A stretch of DNA of 64,000 nucleotides, from NCBI GenBank assembly GCA_000165425.1, contig CT868429.1, forward strand, positions 261,337 to 325,336, read 5' to 3'. The notes under the pieces are model-generated. The model saw only the letters and a list, made by a program, of their open reading frames with translations, ran no database searches and had not been told where the DNA came from. The position numbers were made by a program, and so were the translations under genes. Source of the DNA: Paramecium tetraurelia (taxonomy: Eukaryota). Below, piece after piece: positions 55,390-64,000 of the stretch. The first letter of the stretch is position 1, and every line of letters starts with the position of its first letter.

Positions 55390-56802
55390 ATGAGTTAAGA
55401 GGAAGATCAACAATCTCCTATTTCACATAGGTAAACCTGTATTTAAATTTTTAGAATAAATGAAGAATTGACAGAATCTAAATTAGTAAAGTATAGAGCA
55501 ATCGCAAAATAAATCTACAATTTCAACTTAGAACTCAGAGAATTACAAGTTAAGGTTAAAGAAGACTACAAGTAGATTTTTTCCGATTAAATCTAATAAA
55601 CCGCCTAATATTTTGATACATTAATTGATAAATATTAAGACAAAAAATAAGAATTACAATAAAAAGAAAATTAAGAATTATAATAATTTTATTAAACTGA
55701 ATCAGTAGTTAAAGATGACACCAAACTCAATTAGCTTTTAACTTAATATTTAAATAAGATAAAGGATTATTTTATAAGTGTAAATTTAGAAGTGAAAGGA
55801 GTGAAAGAATAAATATTAAAATTCGTGGAAAATTAATTTCATGCATTTTCTGAGGCTGCTTAAAAGTTACTTCTCTCATAATCTAAAATAACGAGCACAG
55901 AAAAAAATAAACAAATAGAATAGTTAAAAAAGAATCATTAAATAGAAATAAAGTAAAAAGAATAAGAAATAATAGATTTAAATAAAAAATTGAACGAAGC
56001 ATAAGAGTATCTAAACCTTACTGCTTTTAATGATAACAATATCTGCTCAAAGATTACATAAATAAATAGACTTTTAGAATAAACATCCTAAAGTATTAAC
56101 TAAACTACCTAGAAATTGGATTACAATAATCTAGAGGAAATGATATCATAAATCAGACAAATTAATCAAACTTTTACAGGAGAAACCTAAGATGATATCA
56201 AGAATTTGAAAACCGAATTGAATAAAAGAGATGAGAAAATATAATAATTAGAAGCATAAAAATAACAATATGAAAATCAAATAAAAAATAATAATCATTC
56301 GGCTATTTTAGAGAAAAAGATTGAAGATATTTAATCTAAATACAATTAATAATTCAATCAAACCGATCAAATTTACTAGAAAACTACTAAAATAGAAGAA
56401 ATACGAGAAGAATTGCGAGCACTCAATTCTTATATTCAAGGTGAATAAGATAAATTAAAAAATAAGTATGAAGAAGAAAAAAAGAAAGCAATTTAGACTT
56501 GGCTTGAAGGATCTTTTAAATTGTAGGATCGATCTCTCTTATATATACAATTGGGTCTTAAAATATTTCAATAATATTACAATTCTCATAATTAGAATGG
56601 CCAAAAAATAAAATCGTAAACAGATAAACTCATTAAATTTCATGAAAACTACCAAAAGAAAGAATACTTCAAATTAACAGATCTACAATAAATTTAATAA
56701 TTTTATACAAATTAAGAAAAGGAACTTAAGGCATTATTTGATGATTCTTTCAATGAATATAAAAATTTCATAGCTGAAATAACAAAGAGAAGGTATTAAT
56801 GA
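55390..56802 (+). CDS. Hypothetical coiled-coil protein
   Basis: MSQEEDQQSPISHR, one short intron, then a long Q/E/K/L-rich frame ending KRRYQ-TGA. Confidence 0.7.
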
Positions 56803-56856
56803 AATATTTCATGTTATTAATATTAATAATTTATCTATTTTATTAAATATTATAAA

Positions 56857-58504
56857 ATGATGGATATTGAGATTTCAAAGGAGGATATTTTAAAACCTGT
56901 AACAAACAATTAAGATATTAGGATAATGTTGAATTACGCACACCAATAAAATCAAAATAGCAATAATTAGTGAATCAAACCAAGAAAAATTAAACTTCTC
57001 CATATTAAATGCATCAAATTTAGGAATTTATTTTAATGTGGATGGAATAGATTAAAAAATATAATGATGGTATGTTCGATTTTGATTTAGATCCTGATGT
57101 GATTCTGATGATGCATTAAATGAATGAAGTACTACAGACTAGTGACTAAGCATCAAGTTAAAAATAATTTAATTATACTCCAAAATAATAAAATAATGAT
57201 GAGAGTAGTTTTAATTCCAATTTCAAATAAGACATGCTTTAAAAAATGAATGATCGTGTAATGTGGGTATCAGAGGAAATATAAAATTAAGTGTGCTAAT
57301 CTCCAAAAACAGTTGAACATGGTAAATATTTTAATGAAACTTGTAGTGAAATAACCTAACAAGTAAATAAGAAAGAGCTTGAATTTTAAAGTAACCTAAT
57401 TAGAATTATTTAGATAAAAATGATGATGAGTTTTGTAAAGAGTTTGATTAATGTAAATCCAAATTTTCAGGATCTCCTTTAAATTTATAATCGCACAAAA
57501 AATCTGGTAAATTTGATGACGCGAATATAAATCAAGTACTTTCATTTAGGAAAAAACAGCAAAAGCAAATAAAGGAATTTAAAAATAGTCTGACAGAAAT
57601 GAAGAAAGTTGTTGGATATGAGTTACAAAAAGAAATCACTATATTCAAAGAAGACTTCTTAAGTGAGCATAGCAAATTTAGTAAAAGTTATTCAGAGTTA
57701 TAAGACTAAGTTAACACTTACTAAGAAATGTTTTCCTAATCTACATTAAAGATTCAAAAATTAGAACAAATAATCTAAGACTTAAAACAATAACTTGAGG
57801 CTTAATAATCAGATTCGAATTCAGAATAGTTTATTTTTTAATTGGCAGGTTTCATTCAAAGCGATAAAATCGAAAATAATAACATTGAAGATGCAAAAAC
57901 TAAAATTATGGAGTATATTATGACTTAATCACAATAAGTTCAAGGTTTGACTAAGTAATTATAAATGACTTAGCAGAATAATCAAATCATGATATAGCGT
58001 CTTGAAAATGATAATCAATTAAATAAGAATAGGTTAGGAACAGAAAAGTAGATGTTAGAATTTTAGATCATGACACTCAATAATACGATCTAACAATAAG
58101 ATAGGAATTACTAACAATTAAATTAAGAATTGGAGTAGTTAAGATTATGTGATTAGATGGCTACAAATCAAGAATTAGTTAAAAAAGGTTATATTCAAAT
58201 GAAATAATAACAGCAACTCATTTATATTGCTGCAACAATATTATAATAATTTATTAATTCTACAGTATTTTAATTGAATGTTGCAGAAACTTTATAAGAA
58301 TAAATTAAGCAGTTAAAATTAAATGAAGAAGAAGTCTTGAAATAAATTACAACTTAAAAAGAATTTTAAGAGACTACAATGGATTATTTTAATAATAATT
58401 AAGAAACCATTTAGCATGTAATTTAAATTCTGTGTACAGAATACACAAAAGTGATAAATAATATTATTAATTAAAGAATAGAGTTGTAAAAACAATTATG
58501 TTGA
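56857..58504 (+). CDS. Hypothetical coiled-coil protein
   Basis: MMDIEISKED...; long Q/E-rich frames with short introns; ends RIELQKQLC-TGA. Confidence 0.6.
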
Positions 58505-58539
58505 ATATTTTTTATTTTATACATTTTTTAAATATAATC

Positions 58540-59760
58540 TCATTATTAGACATTTACAGTCCCTTGATTGTCAGTGGGATTTCTTTGTTACCTATTCCTG
58601 TTATCATGATGTCTATTAGCTCCTCGACTTGGCTAATATTGGGGTTTTTTTGTTCTAGAAATATACACAAAATCTTAACCTACGTTCGATTGTGATGTAT
58701 TCCTCATCTGAGCTATTTTGATCTTAGTGATCATTATTTTAATCATGTTCTTAAACTTCCTTCTTCTCTTACCATTCTTCTCTCTATTGTCTATCTTTAT
58801 TATGATATCTGTTTCCTCTATATTATTTATTGTTATCTCCATTATTGTTATTTCTTCTGTCATTATGATAATTCTTTTTGTATCCTTTTCTTTGATCATC
58901 ATGATGATTGTGTTTATGTCCATCTCTTGGGTGTTGATGATTACGCCTTTAATCATGTTATTACTCTTCTGGTGCCTATTATTATTGTGGAACTTCTTAT
59001 TGAGGATGATTCTATTCCTATTATTATTCATTATGTTAATTTGCAAGCTAATCGATAGGTTAATGAACTTATGAATGATTTTCTTCTTAGAATGTTTTCT
59101 TTGGACTGGCTTTAATCAATACATATTATTCTTATTAAACTGGGTGTTCCTTATGAGTTTCAACTGTTTCTGGTTATTAAGTAGTCTCTTAATGCTACTA
59201 TTAGATTTATTAGGTTGGTTCTTCATGGTGATGGTGGTGGTGATGATGATGAACTTCTTGTTATTATTATTAATGTTTTAACTAATTTAATATTAATTAA
59301 TAAATACTTTCAAACCCTTCCATTATTGATCCTTCTTCTTCTATTGATTATTGACTCTATTTTGAAGCTATTTAGCCAATTCATATAAAGATTAATGATC
59401 TTAAGAGAGCAGTTCTAGGGTGTCTTAATTCTCAGATAGATGTTCCAATATGAGGATGAAGGCTTCTTAGGTGATGATTGAACCACTTTATTCTGCTTCT
59501 TTCTTAGCTTACAACCAATTTGAGACTTAGGCTTCTAATTCTTTAATTCTTTCATTATTCTCATCTTTGTTTTGGATCTTCTAAATTTATTCAGGTTTCA
59601 ATTCTTTTGTTTTTTACAATTCTTCTAAATCAGCAATGTCTTTAAGTTTTTTTTGGAGATTTCTATATTTTTTGGTGAGGAAGTTGAAATAGAAGTCTTT
59701 TTCTTCATTCTTAACTTAATCCCAAATTGTCTTATTCTTTGATTGTTTTCCACCCTTCAT
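58540..59760 (-). CDS. Protein with Caprin/PYM-like coiled-coil motif and H/Q/R/N-rich low-complexity tail
   Basis: KKYRNLQKKLKDIADLEELQKTKELKPEQIQKI near the N-terminus; poly-His run; charged low-complexity C-terminus. Confidence 0.65.
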
Positions 59761-61199
59761 AAAAAATGTATTTTTTTAAAAATTTAAATAAAAAGTCAAA
59801 TAATAACTAGTAATCAAATTATACTTGATTATTAAGTTAATCAAAGCACTTTTAGTTCATTATAAGTTGAAGTACTTCAAAACAATACTCAAGCACGAAT
59901 CTACAATAAATTGTGAATCCAAAACAAACAATGTGATAATTTAATATTGAATTATTTTATTTGAATTCAAACATTTAAGGAACATCCTCATAAGTGTTAA
60001 TTACTCTATTTACTATTGAATTCTAATTCTCAAACAGGGATTGTCTTTGTGAGTTAAATTCTAATAAAAAATTTAGAAATATTTATTAATGATATAAAAT
60101 AAAATAAACTAGAATGATACATAAAAGAACTATACATTTCATAGTTTTAAATATGGAACTCTAAACAATTCATTTTTAAATCTTCTCATATCAGATCTAT
60201 AAGACCGATAAGGTAATTTGTTGAGCAATTCTACACTCTCAAAAAGTCAATATAATAATAAGATTATGATTATAATTTGAAACTATTTATTTTGAAGAAA
60301 CACTATTCCAAGATTACAGTATCTCATTAAACTAGATTATTAATTATCTATGATTCATATTTAATTGAGACTTTAAGGGATAGCCTTAACTTTATATTGC
60401 AGCAATAAATCCAAAAAATTTCAGTTATGCCAATCGATGAAAAAAGTTCTATAGCTATCAATATATGTTCTAATCAGAGCAGGATTATCTATTCAGATGA
60501 GATATTCTAGAAATAATAATTAGAATTAAATTAAATTAAAAATGTATTATGATGCTTAAAGCTACTTGATATGTTCAAGAATATTTTGAATTGACTAATT
60601 AAATAACTATAAGAGTAGGATTTCAAAGATATTTTCAAAAATAAGAAAAAAAATTTCATAGAAATAATTCTATGAAAATCTAAATCTCATTAAATATTAA
60701 GTCATATAATCCTTATGAATAAGAAGATATATTTTGTGGCATTTGGTTCTGCGTATGTTAGAGCATTTTATCATGTTTAGCAGCTTTATCAGTAAATTAA
60801 GTATAAAGGTTTGAATATATTGAAATAGAGTCAAATCTAATATAGAATAATTCATACTAATTACAAGACTGTTTTCAAAGAGAATTAACATTTCTTATCA
60901 AGAACACAGAACCTTAATCCAGTATTGAAATCAAAATTAGCCTAATTTATTTTCCAAAATGAATTATCCTCTAAATATATTAAGATTTGTTTCCTTCAAA
61001 GAGAGGTATTGATTTGATTATATTCTTGCTTAGTGCAGAAAAAAATACTTTTAAAATCAAAAAATGGATGAATCTGAAACCAAAAATTTACACAGCTTAA
61101 GATTTTCAATGCAATAATTAAATGGAACTAAAATGACTCTAGGTATTTAAGTGAAATCAAATTTGTGGAGAAAAATGAGAATATATTAATTAATATTAT

Positions 61200-62814
61200 A
61201 TGTAACCTTATAAAAGGGTTTGTGTTTAAGAATCGAAAAACCCCTCCTCATTTAGTGAACAAGATGAGAAAATTGGAATAGATTATTCCAACTTCATCCA
61301 ATAAATGGAAGGACCTTACCATTAGCTTTATGAACCAATAGATAAATAATGCATAGGAGCAGGGGGTTAGGGTTGTGTAATCAAAGTGAAATGCAAATTG
61401 AATAATGAGATTCGGGCTATGAAAGTGATTAAGAAAACCAGCGAAGATAAGAATGAAAATTTTCGAAAAGAATTCCAAAACCTTAAGCTGTATCTCATTG
61501 TCCTAATTTAGATTAGATCATCCAAATATATTGAAGCTTTACCATAGTTTTGAAGATGATCAGAGATTTTACATAATTTCGGAACTATGCGAAGGAGGAA
61601 CCTTAGCTCAATATATCGATGATCATTATCCTCTTAAGGAAGCTGAAGTGCTTAAAATTATGAAGTAATTAATCAGTTCCATTAATTTTGCTCATAAGAA
61701 AAATATAGTTCATAGAGACATTAAGCCTGACAATATCTTGATTGACGATGAAGTTACAACATCCATTAAACTGATTGATTGGGGGTTCTCAGGGATGATT
61801 TAATAATAATAAAAATTGAGTCTTAAATGTGGCACAATTCACTTTGTGGCTCCGGAAGTGATGGAGGAATCATACGACTAAAAGTGTGACATATGGTCAT
61901 GCGGAGTTGTCCTCTATATACTATTGTGCAATGATCCTCCATTCCAAGGGACAGATTCAAATGAAATTTTATTTAACATCAAAAATCAAAGCATAGAGTT
62001 CAGGTAATTAATCAATTTGAATGAAGATATTAATCTTGGAAATAATACAGTACTCTCGTTAAGGATTTATTGAAAAGAATGCTGGAGAAAAACCCAGAAT
62101 TGAGACCAAATGCTTAATAGGTTCTTGAAGATCCGTGGTTTGAAAGGTAGAATTCTTAGATTATAATTAGTCATTCATCTGAATAAATACCTTCTCAAGA
62201 TTTCAAGGAGAGTATGATATAATTTAATGGTTACACTGAGGATCAGGACAATAGTTTAAAATAAAGCAGATTTTTATAGGCAATAGTGTTATTCATTGCC
62301 ACTGAATTAGTGCATAAGGACGATAAAAAAGTATTGAATCGTATCTTCCGTAAAATTGATAAGGACAACAATGGTATTAATGATTATATGAGACAATTAG
62401 GAACAATCTCAAAAGAGGAACTGAAATGCGCTTTATAATAAATATATTCAAAAAATCAATTAGACGATAAAGTTGATAAAATATTCGATTTCTTGGATGT
62501 CAACTAAAGTGGTTCACTAGATTTTAGTGAATTTGTAGCTGCAACCTGTAAATTATCAGATGTAGAAGGTATATCTTAATATATAAAACAATGCAGAAAA
62601 AATTAGAGTTGCATTTGATGTATTGGACAAGAATAAGGATGGGTGTATAACTCTAGATGAATTATTTAAATTTATTGGGAGAGAAGACTATGATAATGAT
62701 TGTAAGGAGATCTTCAATCAATTTGATCAGAATGGAGATGATAAAATAAGTTTTGCCGAGTTTTCTCAAGCAGTTTAAAAATACGTGAATATATGTAAAT
62801 AGATTTAATATTGA
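61200..62814 (+). CDS. Calcium-dependent protein kinase, divergent (DWG)
   Basis: [42 protein letters not shown]-hands [48 protein letters not shown]. Confidence 0.9.
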
Positions 62815-62889
62815 TTATTTATAAGAGTTTGGCATTTAGTTACACAAATTATATATATAATATATATATATAGGTAGATAAACATAAAA

Positions 62890-64000
62890 TCAAAAATATT
62901 TACCAAGAAGTGTGATTAGTTTAGTTCTGATTTCTAATTACTCACATTTTATCATCTCCACAAATGTTAAATAAAATTCTTTCAAATCATTTTTGTCTAG
63001 TCTACTTAAATAATCCAACATAAGTTCAATATTAAATTGTTTCTCACGTGAAGCATTTTCTTCATTCAAAAACACTTTTAAATTGTCATGAATGCTATTT
63101 AAAAGAGGAACCCGAATAGATAATGAAAATTTTTCTACGATTGAATTATCCATCTCTAAAAATCCAACTAAACTAATAATTATCATTTCTTTTGTTTCCA
63201 TCTCTGATGCACTTAATTTGTTTATGTAATAATTAGTAAAGAGTTAAACGACAACGTGTTATTGTTCAATATTTAAATATTGTGCATCATTTATGAAAAA
63301 TGTAATCCAATCTTGCGTTCTTTTATTAGATACTACAAATTAGTTATAATATTATACCAGTTAATTAGGATGAAATAAGAGGTTCAAACAACTATTGAAT
63401 CGAATTTTAATCTAAAAAGGGGATCATTATGGTTATGATATTTTTTAGTTTTGTAATCAGAATTAATTGTAATTTTTCAGAATTGTCATTCATAAATCTT
63501 TAACATTTCTAATTAATAAATTAATGTTTACATTCAAAAAACCATTCAAAACACCCACAAATTTATTTGCTTCATTCAAATCATTTTGATTTAATTATCT
63601 CTTACTAATTATTCCTTCAAAACTATTTATTAAGAACTCAATGAAGTAGTGATGCTTTACAATAATCCCTAATTAAGAAATTTGTTAATTTATAAAGTGC
63701 AACCATTCAGCGACTACTTCTTCTTCAAGATTATCAATTGAAAAGCATTATTTATAATAGTATTTGAACACATTATTGTCATCATTTAATAGTTGAATTA
63801 CATGATCCTGACATAAAAAATTGAAAAGCAACTATAATGCATGCAATCCTTTCTTATGATTTATTGGTATGGTTAATTTAATCACATCACAAAAGATTTG
63901 GAATGTTCTATTTTCTAGATAGTATTAGATATCCTCCATGTCCAAAGTTTATTCATGATTAATTAATGTTACTAAGAAATCAATAGATCCAATGAGTAAT
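62890..64000 (-). CDS. 3' part of a helical-repeat protein, possibly MON2-like; starts beyond the window
   Basis: Open frame ending PLLNSIHDNLKVFLNEE...FYLTFVEMIKCEQLEIRTKLITLLGKYF-TGA, reminiscent of the MON2 C-terminus (from memory). Confidence 0.45.

Noticed and set aside
58718..59281. Hydrophobic multi-TM-looking ORFs in the supplied track (also 20752-20955, 22795-23034)
   Set aside because: They are antisense shadows of Q/N/E/K-rich coding sequence on the other strand.

Overview
This is an AT-rich, very gene-dense eukaryotic window from a ciliate macronuclear genome, most likely Paramecium. TAA and TAG read as Gln, TGA is the only stop, introns are about 20-30 nt (GT..AG), and spacers are often under 60 bp. 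The supplied standard-code ORF track therefore shows only fragments or shadow ORFs. Retranslated by hand with genetic code 6, the window holds about 40 genes. Recognisable ones: CFAP65 (runs off the left edge), SGT1, a cytochrome P450, a Cdc20/Cdh1 activator, a small Tim, TRAPPC4, a Cache-domain membrane protein, two TPR proteins, GID8, a CTD-type phosphatase, a PX protein, a ~3,000-aa ARM/coiled-coil/PH-like giant spanning an assembly gap, ARPC1, ARPC3, three RING proteins, two CDPKs, FHA and WD40 proteins, a dynein light chain, a histone-fold protein, EEF1AKMT1, PA2G4, a TTLL, and a MON2-like gene running off the right edge. There is also a decayed AGC-kinase pseudogene. The most unusual observations are two same-strand gene overlaps (P450/SGT1 sharing ATGA; small Tim/next ORF sharing 8 nt), an apparently N-terminally shortened CFAP65, and the giant protein with recurring poly-Ser blocks. 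I found no mobile element, RNA gene, telomere or convincing new multi-gene system. All family calls come from motif recognition, not database searches, and exon boundaries were read by eye.
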